Assembly: GCA_030141605.1 (NCBI GenBank) | Contig: JAQGDQ010000575.1 | Location: 62,001-126,000, forward strand | Source of the DNA: Tubiluchus corallicola | Lineage: Eukaryota; Animalia; Priapulida | DNA: 64,000 nucleotides | Direction of reading: 5' to 3' | In this document: positions 14,047 through 31,999 of the stretch, piece by piece | Position numbering within the stretch: the first letter of the stretch is position 1 | Layout: each line of letters begins with the position of its first letter | Notes under the pieces: generated by a model | What the model was told of the DNA's origin: nothing | Database searches by the model: none | Seen by the model: the letters and a program-made list of their open reading frames with translations, nothing else | Position numbers and translations under genes: made by a program

Positions 14047-15630
14047 GGACGGTGTTTTCATGAATGGGGTAACATTGTGCAACGTGTTATCATAAGTTGA
14101 GTGTTCACGTATCAGTGACTACTGTCCTCGGGGTTATAATGAATGGAGCATGTAGAAACGATGACACAGCAATTTGAATGTTTATTCTGGGTTAAACCTG
14201 ACGACAACTCGCCGCCCGAGGCAGAACGGCCGAAACTGTTCCGGATTTGGAGTTAAACATCCAAATTTGGTTAAAACTTGATTTTGTTTGTACTTGAACA
14301 TAGAAAAGTCGTTTCACTGTTCGTGTTTACCTTAGTTTTACAGTTCTGCGTTTTAAAAAACAACGCCAAACATAACAGTCCAATTTTGCAATCAATAATT
14401 TTAATAACACAAAATGCGTGGGTTCTGAAAATCTGCGTTAAAAACTAGTCAATCATAAACAAGTCTTATCGAGTTTTCTTGAGAAATCTTTGGCGCCTAT
14501 AGCTTCCTGTTATGATGTTTGCTGAAAGTAAAATGATGTTTGCTTTTATATAGGTAACAAACTGAATGCATACAAGCGATTTTTTAACGCTTTTATGACA
14601 GCATATATATACGTATTGTGGCGTTCATACAAAAGGTATGTATAATAGCAGATATCGCCTTATAATACTTAAATTATCAAAGAATAATTATTGAAAAAGA
14701 GGGCGTAAGCCAAGGTATCTAATCTCACACTTGCTAAGTTGTTTGCTTGAAATTCTGTTTCATTTGCCGTAACTAGTTTTATTAGTTTTATAACCGTAGC
14801 TAAACTATGTGATACACATCTGTCATAAAGTTCTAAAATTAGGAAATCATAAATCAATGTTCCTTTGTACTATTAGCAAAATATGCAGGTAATATTCACT
14901 ATGGTACTACTGTATGAACGTTATTAAATTGTTACTTAAAGAAAATTGTATCTCTATTCTCTGTTTGAGCTTTATGTCTCGTCAAAAGCAGTAGTATAAT
15001 GTGTTGATTTTGAATAAAATGAGGAGCACTGACCATACCAGCACTATTGGTGCCGCCATCTATTGAAAATTAATGCAAGCTTTTGGCGTTTAAAGAATTT
15101 TTGTATCTTCTTTCAGTAACCATATTTGTGAAAACTGTTTCAAGCAATCATCAGGAATTGTCCCGCGAAAAAAATGGCGAACAGACGTTCGTGTGTGAGC
15201 AACCTTTTGATACTGCATCTCTTCATTGTGGTATTTCTAAAGAATTATTTTTATATTGTAATGGCATGCATATTCACTGTTAACAAATTAGTGTAAAGAT
15301 CTTTCGCATTTTTTGTTAAGTAATCCGGATCTTTACTTGATGGCCTGCTTCCGTCTGAAATAAAAAGCTATGTCTGTCTATCCATGAGCATGAAATCAGT
15401 ATAAATAAGAGGTGGAGTTTAGCCGCGTACTGAAAAAGAAGGTAAAGATACGATAAAAGGGTTGCTGTTTTCAGAAATTTGTAAGTAAGAGGTTTGGAAG
15501 TTTGTAGTTTGTAGTGACGCCAGTGTTGCTTTTTCTAGTAAGTTTTGTTAACGTTTCAATTTCTGTGTTCTGAAACTTATTGAACTTTGTGTGTTTCGTA
15601 GTTTAAATTGTTTAGACAGAGTAAAGAGAA

Positions 15631-15720
15631 TAGCTGAGTGGTGATGGTGTATGCTCGGCGTCCGAAGCTAAGCAATGCTGAGTATCGTCTGTAAACTAAC
15701 AGGTGACGGCCACGAAAACT
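15631..15720 (+). mobile_element. Old SINE head: tRNA-like A box joined to a 5S-derived internal control region
   Basis: TAGCTGAGTGGT ... CGAAGCTAAGCAA ... GTGAC ... GAAAACT; aligns by eye with the reverse complement of 60043-60131. Confidence 0.5.
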
Positions 15721-17253
15721 GATTTTGGTGTTTTTTGTCATGTTTTCTCATAGACGGCGTCTTTCGTAAAAAGAAGATGGGTACGCATTAAGTTTTTGCC
15801 CTTGATACGGTTAATTTGACCAAAGTTCCTGGGAGAGGTAAACGGAACCTTTGACAAACAAATACCGGAGGTGAGAATAAATAGAGTCGAGTCATAATCA
15901 CCCATGAATCTGGCGTCAAAACAACATGTGCTGTTGTTTTCATTGCTTAGCTGGCAGCCATATTCTATTCGGGCTACTCAGCACAAATCCATGCACATGT
16001 GTCAACTGATATCTGTGTCATTAGCTGATATTATTCCCATCGCTGCTCTTCGGGGTAAAATACAGATGTCCCACGCGTCGGCTTCGTCTGCTGTGACGTA
16101 ATCACTTTCACTCATGGTCGCCGAGGACTTTGGCTTCATGGGGGCACACAAAACAAACAGTCACTGCTAAAATGTGTTTGTGATTACAAGAATAATTAAG
16201 TTTGCCGCCAGTTATACAAACTCGGGTGAACTGGTCTCTACAAGCAGTCAGTCTATCAGCAGTCTTGCTATCCGTCAGTGTCAGCGACAACGACAGTGTC
16301 GGCAACTACAATGGTATTGGCAGTGGCAGCAGTAGGGATCGTGCCACATAACTTCTAATTTAAAAAGCTGAAAGGTTTGCGCATTTGTTGCAATATATTA
16401 TATTACCGTTACTAATGTCTGAAAAAATGTAACATCCCACATGTTCTAAGACATTAGTGAACAAAATCAATATTTCTAAATTGAAAATATTTTAATTTAA
16501 GCAAAACAAACTCCGACTTACATTATTATACTCCGAATTACATTTATGTTAATAAGTATATATTATTTTCTGACTTAAGTAAATTCAAACGTAAATATTA
16601 ACGATCAGAAATTGCATTCGAACAAATAGCTTTTTTATCAAATCAACGTATTTGTTTGCTTATTTGTTTGTTTGTCGCTTAGTCGTAAGTAGTTCGACCA
16701 AGCATCAAATCGAACTACTTTCACCCCCCCCCCATCAAGCAGTAGGCAATACATGCAGTACTGGATTAACCGCAACCAACCCAAAGTGTGGATCGTAGTA
16801 GCTGTTCAGTTCATGGTTGTAGCTCTTTAATGTGCATAAATTTCAGAAGTCATCATACTTTCTACTCCTACTCAAGATGACATTACATTATTGTAACTCT
16901 TAAAACGTTCTTATCAGTCCAATATGAATTTATGGTGATAGTCTTCTGTTAAATCAGCGCACCATAGTCGTGCGTCATAATCATTCTTATGTAAGGCAAT
17001 GTGAGTTTATGACGTACAATAATGTTGAGCTTAACCACAGTGAAACATGCGTCACAAACTCATGTGAAAGTGACTAAAGACATCTGCTTTGGAAGAATCA
17101 TGTAACACAGTTTAAACCAACCTTTTTTGCATAACAGCAACTTGGCTGATATTATCATGGTGACAATTTAAAGTGTGTAAAAGATTTATGAGACCGCCTT
17201 TGCTGTTTTTCCCGTTCAGCAAAGTAGAACGTGGATCTGCATTTGCCACATAA

Positions 17254-17797
17254 GCTTTTGGCGCCATCTAGGGTCTAAAATCAACTGTTCTGCTTATCAC
17301 AAAATAAGAAACTGCCTTTGTTTCTTTCTTGCAGGCTCTCCATAAAGTTATAGTTTTATTGCAGTATATTATGCAAGTATTACTTTACTACAATGTCGAC
17401 TCACAGATAACTCGTGAGTCTCGTGTCTAGTTCTGCTTTTGGCGCCATCTAGGGTCTAAAAATCAACTGTTCTGCTTATCACAAAATAAGAAACTGCTTT
17501 TGTTTCTTTCTTGCAGGCTCTCCATAAAGTTATAGTTTTATTGCAGTATATTATGCAAGTATTACTTTACTACAATGTCGACTCACAGATAACTCGTGAG
17601 TCTCGTGTCTAGTTCTGCTTTTGGCGCCATCTAGGGTCTAAAAATCAACTGTTCTGCTTATCACAAAATAAGAAACTGCTTTTGTTTCTTTCTTGCAGCC
17701 TCTCCACAAATCATAGTCTTATGGCAGCATATTATACAAGTATTATTTTACTACAATATCGACTCATAGAGGACTTGTGTGTCTCGTGTCCAGTTCT
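17254..17797. repeat. Tandem repeat, 181-182 bp unit x3, each copy carrying a CTCF-like motif
   Basis: GCGCCATCTAGGGTC at 17261, 17442 and 17624; the first two units are near-identical and the third is diverged. Confidence 0.93.
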
Positions 17798-18204
17798 ACT
17801 GATCGGAACATTAAATGTCGAGTTTTCCGATTTTATTGCACTTCTTTATAGGTACATTTTACAGAGTTAAAATTACTGCCAAAGGCGTTAAATGCTGTTG
17901 TGTCGTACTTTTTAGTATTGCAAGCATATGCTCTTTAATATTGTATAGAATTACAGGCATATATTTTTGATATTTTTTATTGAAGATTTCATGTTGTGCT
18001 TTCTTATGATTTAACGATAATAATGCTTCAAACAGACCTTTTAAATGAAGAATTTTTGACATTACTGATCATTTTGTCGGAGCACTCAGCAAGTTCACCT
18101 AGAGCAGTTTGTAAATCTAATAATTTTTTTGCAGCTATGTATAAATACGTTTCCTTTAGCATGAGTACTAAGCTAGTTGCCGACACTACTTCATAAGTGA
18201 AAAA

Positions 18205-18291
18205 ATAACCGTGTAGGGTCTATAATAGGTTGGCATAACTGCCCGGAAAGCAGAAGGTAGTGGGTTCGAATCCGAGTGTAGCGCAAAGTAG
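18205..18291 (+). mobile_element. tRNA-derived SINE head
   Basis: Perfect B box GGTTCGAATCC at 18263-18273, preceded by a CTGC/GCAG anticodon-like stem; no complete cloverleaf. Confidence 0.5.
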
Positions 18292-18711
18292 CTAAGGTAT
18301 AATTTATTACAATCAGTATTGCTACACCACTTTGCAATATTATAATTCAGTATTTTTGTTAGCCTAGTCAACTGACTACATGTGCCCAAAACTGACAAAT
18401 TTAAAATGCAAAATGATTGAAAAACTGAACTAAATTACAGACAATGTAAAAATGTAAGGAGTAAAAACTATTTACAGGCAGTATTTACTAGGTACGTCTA
18501 ATAATCATAACATCAAGTTAGTATAAATTCTTAGAATTGACTCAAAAATTTTGTTTACGTAAGCACTTTTATATAAACTCTATACAAGCAGTATAAAAGT
18601 AATATATAAAGTTGCTTACAGTCTTACACTAGTGCAATTGCACGAACTGATCAATGGACTATTTTTCAATGGTAGATTAATGCTACTTATACAGTAGTAT
18701 CAGATGCCCTG

Positions 18712-22068
<3,357 letters not shown>

Positions 22069-22587
22069 GTTGGACTTTTGCTGAAACAATGTTCAGAAGT
22101 GAAAATTATTTAATAGATTCACATTAAAAACTCTTTAATTTTTGTCTTAGATGTTCTTGCAACAGTCATGACAGACATTATTTAATCTAAGAAACTGTCA
22201 GCATGCAAATTTAAATTAGTATTTCTAAGTTTAAACATTTTTAAAACCTCAAATCTAAATATTTATGAAGACGTTTTATTGAGATTAAATCCTCTAAATG
22301 AGTCTATATTGCATTCCACATATTCATACAAGTGGTCAAATTGGAAATACTTCACAAAGGTTGCTATTCTTTTTCTTTGTTGCTTCTTATAGAACCCGTT
22401 TTCTCGGGTTTAATCAGCGCTGCTACCGTTGGAATGTGACTGTACATGCATAAGTTAAAAAGATTAAATTTATGCTACATAATATTGTATCCAATCAACG
22501 CTAACTTTACAACTACCTGTCTGAAACAGTTTGAATACTATCTTATTTTGAAACAATTATTATTAGCATTATTTTACAAATACTTAC

Positions 22588-22700
22588 AATAAATAATACA
22601 ACCAGGCACCCACGCAGTAAAAGTGTGCACTGCAGTCTGAGTAAACCAGTCAAGTTACGCACTCCTGCATCTAAGACTTGAGCGGCTTATTGGATCAAGG
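22588..22700 (-). promoter_or_regulatory. Putative non-coding first exon and proximal promoter of esterase gene 1
   Basis: GTAAGTA donor at 22586-22587; GATCAAGG motif at 22693-22700 at a position conserved across the five paralogs. Confidence 0.55.
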
Positions 22701-23550
22701 ACAAAACAATCTTCGCCAACAAGAATTACTCTGCGAGCCTGCATTTTTCCACTGCACAGGTTTTTGTGAACAAAATTCACAACAATAACAACTTAAGTTT
22801 ATTTCTAGACTAATTGTGAATTAAAAGCCCCAATTATTAATTTTTACTTTAATAGTTAATAATTATTTTTATCTTATTTATAATTATTTTATGCTATTTA
22901 TTTTAAGCCATTTTCTCTTTTCTTTAATTGATATTTAGTTAAAAGTTACTTAGTAAATTGTTATTAAGTTACTAGTAAATTGTCAATTTAAATTACTCAT
23001 TAATAATTATAGTTATGTACTGTATAGTATTTCGGGTCTTAAATTTAAGAAATTATTATTCTCTTTTCCATAACTAGTGTCTGAGTTTAAAAAATCTTCA
23101 GTGGAGTTAAATTAGGTTCCCTCTAGTGGTGATGACCAAAACTATTTCTAAGGTAAATTAGTTTGTAAATCCAAGGACCTGCTTGAATTACACTTGTCTA
23201 TCTAGTGACATCAGGGTTACATCTGGTGACTTCTCTTGTCTTTGTCTCTTTGCTCTTGGGGAGGGTGAACATGAATTTTGCAGAGCTGGCAGCCTCTAAG
23301 TTTAGTAAGTAGAAAATTATTTATACAGTGTTTAAATTTTGTTATTTAATTTTAACCATTGTTTTAAACAACCAGTTTATGCAATTTAACCTTATTTATG
23401 AAAAATTTAATCATTATCTATATAAATTAACAGTTGATTTATGTTTCGATAAGATTCTTTTTATTAATTTGGGTTTAAAACAATTTTTATTTTACAGATA
23501 CTGGATTACGGCTAAAAAATGAAACTAGACGAGAATGTAACACCAGACCC

Positions 23551-24114
23551 CGAAATTACAGATGATTCGTGTTCCTTTGTGGCTTCAATGGTGGCTAAAA
23601 GCAGTTCCTGTTGGTACATTAGAAGTATTGGGAAATCCCTTGTATGTTTGGAAAGTAGGTTACTGCATAGAAAAAAGGCTTTGTAAATGTAGTAAAGATA
23701 TTGAAACTGCAGAACACATAATATTAAGTTGTGAATTTTACACACAGATGAGAAACAAGGTCCCTTGGCAAGGAGTAACTGATGAAGAATGCTTGAGATG
23801 GCTGTTATTTGGAGAGGGAAAATTTATGCAGTCTGCCTACTGAAGGACATAATGGTCAAAAGAAGAAGCATTGTGAATGTATAACTTTACAGCTGAAAAG
23901 ATAAAGAGTAATATATATTTAGCTGTGCGTAACGGCGGTATAACATTTATAAACCCAAATTTGTTTTGTGTTGTTGTAGCAGTAGAGCAAGCATATGTGT
24001 GCGGCTTAGCGTTTTTGAGTGGAAATCTGCCTAGTAGTACAATATACACTGCTACTCGCCCTGATATAAAAGGGATTTAGGCACCGGACGGATGGATGGA
24101 TGGATGGATGGATG
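23551..24114 (+). mobile_element. LINE 3' fragment with ORF2 CCHC zinc knuckle and (GGAT)n tail
   Basis: ORF 23562..23843 contains RLCKC...IETAEHIILSCEFY...R; the element ends in a GGAT repeat at about 24090-24114. Confidence 0.7.
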
Positions 24115-24179
24115 TAAAAAGATAACAGATTATTTTACAATTCAAAGTCACATTTCAACAACAGCAACAGCTACGACTG

Positions 24180-27100
24180 CTCTAAACGCTCCATTAGTGG
24201 TTTGCACTCACTCTTTTGCGTGAGGTACCAGTGATCAGAAGAACCGTTCAGGGTCTATTCATTCTTACACGCGGGAGGATTTATCCGGAGTGCCTTCGTT
24301 ACAAGAACTTTCTGATATATTCTCTGAGGAGTTTTCAAATTCATGGACCCGAGTTCTGCAAATCAGCACTCCAGTGCCTGGTAGATCCTCAGTGGAGGCT
24401 TCGTTACCAGTTTCGAAACATTTGGAAGCCAGTGCGTCTGTGGCAAGCATTACTATCCACAAGATTAGATTAGATTACATTTTAGATTTAGTAGATTTAT
24501 TTTCGCAATAAACATATACATATGCATTACATGTGCATCGATAATCAGTTTTTGTTAATATAAAAATATGATACAATTCATGAATTCTGCGCTAGAGACC
24601 TAAGAAGCTAGCTTGTGGTAGGCCACTAGAAATAGTTACGAAAAAAATTACAATATATACAGATACAATATTACAATATATACAAATATGAATACGGGTG
24701 CGAAGTAATAAAAATATTATTATACTAGAGGGGAAGTTTCTGAAAATGAAAAACAACAAATCATGATTGAGTGATCAGTTATATGTTTCAAGTAAGTTTA
24801 ATTTATATAGTTTTTTAAATATGGACAACGAGTTGGCATTTTTAATAGCTGGAGCAATTGAATTCCATATGTAAGGGCCATTGTATTTAATAGAAAATTT
24901 TCTAACATTTGTGTTGCACTGTAAGTAGTGATAGTTAAAACTGTATCAAGTTCTACTGTATCAAGCTCACGCATAGAGAGGACTCAACTTGTACAGGTTC
25001 TACCTTCTATTCAGCCAAATACAGATCCAAAGATTGTTAAAGCAGCAGAGTTTTTTCTGCCAATGATTATTCTTTATACGAGACAACAGAAAATATCCGA
25101 GCACATTCCGCTGCAGTTTTGAGGAATTTGCATCAAGCTGTTTTCCATTCCGAAATCATCAAGCAAGATTTTGTGACCCGAGGAGCACCACAAACGCCTT
25201 GGCAAACCTACTATCAGCGGTTTCGTTGGTTCACTGACGAAGCTGAAGCATTGGTCAAACTTCTAAATGATGAGGTGAATTTTGCACAATTTTTATTATA
25301 TAAGTATTGTGCTAAATATTAGCTAGTTTGTTAATTTATTATGAAAACAAGAGAATCTAGAAATTTTTATTCACTGTGTAACCGTAAATTGAATCGCTTA
25401 TTTTTATATACTTTTATAACTCGTTTACATGTGCATTTTTAAGAAGTATTTTGCATGTAACCACCTTAATAGAACCTGCTAAATTGGATAATATTAATTT
25501 TAGAAGTAATGCTAACCTTTCATTTAAATTGCAATGTGGTGAACCAGCGCCTTTTGATTTTCGCTCAGGTTGGCAAAAAATTAAACATTCAGAGATCTCA
25601 AATTATTTCGTTTACATTCACGACGTTTAAAATTATTAAAAAGGTTGCATGGTTGTTTGATAAAAGTTTTTGTTAATTGTTCGGATCCATTGCGCATGCG
25701 TGTTTATGCAGAAATAATTTCATTTGTAAATAATTTACCTTACGAGATAAAGCTGTATTTGAATATTTTATGTCGGTTAAACGTAAGGCTGAGCAGCAGA
25801 AAGACATTTTTACATTAGATGAGCGTTTAAATGCTCCGAAAGTTCATAATTTTACTAACTTAGAGTTACCTACAGTTTTAGTGGATTTTTTGTCTAAAGG
25901 CCCCGGTTTAAGTGTTTTGGGTGATTATTCTCAGAAAACATTCCGTAAAGATTTATGTAGTACTGTTTATTTGGCTTTACATAAATTATTGATACGTCAT
26001 TTACATTTACATAACGCTGATCCAGTACTGCGTCTAAATTCAGTTCTTGATTTACTAAATTATTCTGCGTTACCTCTTAGTATCTCGAAATTTTATTTGG
26101 CGTTCTTTAGATCGATTAGAATTAATTTTAAAACGTCCTTTACGTGTACCTAAACACCATAGTGATCAACATAACCATCAGAAACACATGTTAATTAAAA
26201 TTAAAGGTTTGGATGGAAGAAGAATCGAAAGTTGTTTTTCGTTATTCTGATAAAAATTGCGGTTGGGTGATTACACCTCTTGATTAATACTGTGCTGGGT
26301 ATTATCGTTAAATAAATAAATAAACTTAAATAAATAAACTTATCGTCAATTATCGTGTTCAGATTATTATAACACTCTTGATCTCAGAGGATGAACTTAT
26401 CAATTCTAGTCGTGCGCGTATTTCAGATATGATTAGTAAGTTTCATCCTAGCAAAACTTTATGTGGTTTGAGTAAAAAAGAAATTTTGTATATTCAAAAA
26501 CCTCGTTCTTTTGAAATACCGTTCTTAGTCTTGGCTGCTGAAGTACATTAATTAGATCAAATCGGACCTGCTTCTTTGCCTTTTTTAACTTGTCGACCTG
26601 TTATGACTGGTTGTAATACTGTAAATAATAATTTATCTGAAATTTTATCTTTAAAGTTAAATATTTTAATTATTTTGCTTTTTGGTAGAATCTTGTCTGA
26701 TTTTGGCATATCTGTACTTGTCGATAGTTCTAAGCAATCCTTTATAACTTTACAAAGTTTAGTAGTAACATGTTTAGATGCTTTAATTCAGTTTGATTTT
26801 GTTGAACTTTATACTAATATTACACATGTTACATCAAAGAAAACAGTTGTAGAGGCTTGTTCTATTTTAAGTGTAAGTAAAAGTATATCTGCTCAGTCAT
26901 TGCTATTGTTAGAGGAAGCATTGGGTCAGAATTATTTTAAAGTGACTAGTCATATTTACAGTCAGATAAAAGGTTTGTTTATGGGGAATAAAGCAAGTTT
27001 GGCAATATCTAATTTGGTTTTATTGTTATGTGAATATAAATTTTTACGAGCTTATAGTACAGTTTTTTCAAAACATATAAAAAATTTTAATCGATTTGCA

Positions 27101-27490
27101 GATGATGGTTTTTTTATTTATAAATTATAACTGTGTCACTTCTTTTCTTTTACTTCACTTGTTGGGTTTTATCCATCTGAATTACAGCTAGAGTTAAAAT
27201 GTAGTTTTGACAAAGGTGTATTTTTGGATTTAGAAGTAAGATTGCTTACTGTTTTTCCTGGGATTGTTTCAGTTTATACTAATATTAAACGTCAACGTCT
27301 TTTTACTCATTTGCATTTAGAATCTAATCATCCTGATTTTATGTATATCGGTTTTATAAATACGAAGATTTTTAGATTTCGTAATACATGTAATAGTTTG
27401 TCAGAGGTGCAGCATAAGTTGCAGTTTCTTTCGGAAATTCTGGTTCACTTGCATTATCCTGTTAAACATTTGAGACTTTTAAAGCTTTTC
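24180..27490 (+). mobile_element. Decayed Penelope-like retroelement (RT and thumb), 3'-truncated
   Basis: Fragments VHNFTNLELP...FLSKGPG, SDKNCGWVI (about 26245), CRPVM, FDFVELYTNI, NYF...YSQIKGLFMG, RFADDG, FLDL, HLESNHP...RFRNTC are PLE RT motifs in order, broken by stops and frameshifts. The 5' limit is uncertain (could extend to 22831). No GIY-YIG domain seen. Confidence 0.85.
24461..24925 (-). mobile_element. CR1/L2-type LINE 3' fragment, probably nested in the PLE
   Basis: Minus strand reads CNTNVRKFSIKYNGPYIWNSIAPAIKNANSLSIFKK, then AATAAA and a (AATCT)n tail. Confidence 0.75.
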
Positions 27491-27913
27491 CTAAGGTATA
27501 ATTTATTACAATCAGTATTGCTACATCACTTTGCAATATAATAATTCAGTATTTTTGTTAGCCTAGTCTACCGACTACAGGTGCACAAAACTGACAAACT
27601 TAAAATGCAAAATGAATGTAAAACTGAACTAAATTACAGACAATGTAACAATGTAAGGAGTAAAAACTATTTACAGGCGGTATTTACTAGGTATGTCTAA
27701 TAATCATAACATCAAGTTAGTGTAAATTTTTAGAATAGTTTCAAAAATTCTGTTATGCTATACAAGCAGTTTATGCTATACAAGCAGCATAAAAGTAATA
27801 TATAAAGTTGCTTACAGTCTTACACTAGCGCAATTGCACGAACTGATTAATGGACTATTTTTCAATGGTAGATTAATACTACTTAGTATCATACAGTAGT
27901 ATCAGATGCCCTG

Positions 27914-30336
<2,423 letters not shown>

Positions 30337-30855
30337 GTTGGACTTTTGCTGAAACAATGTTCAGAAGTGAAAATTATTTAATAGATTCACATTAAAAACT
30401 CTTTAATTTTCGTCTTAGATGTTCTTGCAACAGTCATGACAGACATTATTTAATCTAAGAAACTGTCAGCATGCAAATTTAAATTAGTATTTCTAAGTTT
30501 AAACATTTTAAAACCTCAAATCTAAATATTTATGAAGACGTTTTATTGAGATTAAATCCTCTAAACGAGTCTATATTACATTCCACATATTCGTACAAGT
30601 GGTCAAATTGGAAATACTTCACAAAAGGTTGCTATTCTTTTTCTTTGTTGCTTCTTATATAACCCGTTTTTTCTGGTTTAACCAGCGCTGCTACTATTGG
30701 AATGTGACTGTACATGCATAAGTTAAAAAGATTAAATTTATGCTACATAATATTATAGCCAATGAACGCTAACTTTACAACTACCTGTCTGAAACAGTTT
30801 GAATGCTATCTTATTTTGAAACAATTATTATTAGCATTATTTTACAAATACTTAC

Positions 30856-30965
30856 AATAAATAATACAACCAGGCACCCACGCAGTAAAAGTGTGCACGT
30901 CAGTCTGATCTAAGTCAAGTTGCACGCTCCTGCGTCTGAGACCTGGGCTGCTTACTTGATCAAGG
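30856..30965 (-). promoter_or_regulatory. Putative non-coding first exon and promoter of esterase gene 2
   Basis: Donor at 30854-30855; GATCAAGG at 30958-30965. Confidence 0.55.
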
Positions 30966-31999
30966 ACAAAACAATTTTCGCCCACAAGAATTACTCTGCG
31001 AGCCTGCGTTTTTCCATTGAACAGGTTTTGTGGACAAAATTCACAACAATAACAACTTAAGTTTATTTCTAGACTAATTGTGAATTAAAAGCCCGCCCTG
31101 ACCTGTTCCCTCTCTAGTACATGCCTAGGCAGTTATTATTATTCACTGGGACATTTCCACCTTAAAGTCGTTACGTCACAACAATGAATGTCCAAATAAG
31201 GAAATCTCTTATTTTAAAGTCAGCAACTGGGAAGCTGTTGCCTGAGTCACCGGAGAATAAGTGCTGGATGTACTTAGATACGTTCCATCAGTTGAAGCAA
31301 TCAGCAAAGTGGTAATGGAGCCGCCATATCGGACTGGTTAAAGAGCTAAACACGGCTTGTAATGAACTACACTTAATGGAAGACAGAATGATTTTCCATA
31401 TATTATCCCATTTTCAAGTCCGATAAAAAATATACATTTTAACACAATTAATACGACAAAAGCGCTTCTGATAAATAAATAATAGATTAAAAATTTAATT
31501 AATGGAGGAGGGCGAGCCCAACTATTGATGACATCACAAACTAACATAATTTTAACAGCAAAAATATTCCATGAGCGTGTTGCGAAAGCGAAAATTGAAG
31601 TACAGTGCTACTGTAAGTATTCAGTGTGTTGTACTAAAACTAGGCAAGTTTTAAGATAAAAATTCAAATTTCAAATTTACCGCTGTGCTAACGCATGAGC
31701 TGTCGAACGTGTGCAGTTCTTCACAAACTAACACATGTGAACTGAGAGGTACAACACCTGTTTTTGTGCAATGCATTTCCGAAATGAAGACGCTAGTACC
31801 CATCTAACTAGCAAATGGTGAAATGCATGTACAGCGAAGAACTAGTGGCGCGAATGCGAAATTGTCTTTGTGTGGTAATAATTCTTTCACGTAAGTCATT
31901 TTTGAAAAAATAGTATGTTTCCTTTCAATATTTTAAAGAGCAGATTGTTTTTACCTGCAGTTTAAGATTGGCTTTAAGGTGAAAGATCGTCAATGTCTA

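Noticed and set aside
14198-14245. CTGACGA...GAAAC hammerhead-like spacing
   Set aside because: No stem II closure adjacent to the core and no supporting stems I or III.
18211-18280. tRNA gene
   Set aside because: B box present but no acceptor stem or proper D arm; treated as a SINE head.
25230-25270. Hammerhead ribozyme core CTGACGA near the PLE
   Set aside because: The required GAAA is CAAA, stems are poor, and the site lies in a probable decayed ORF.
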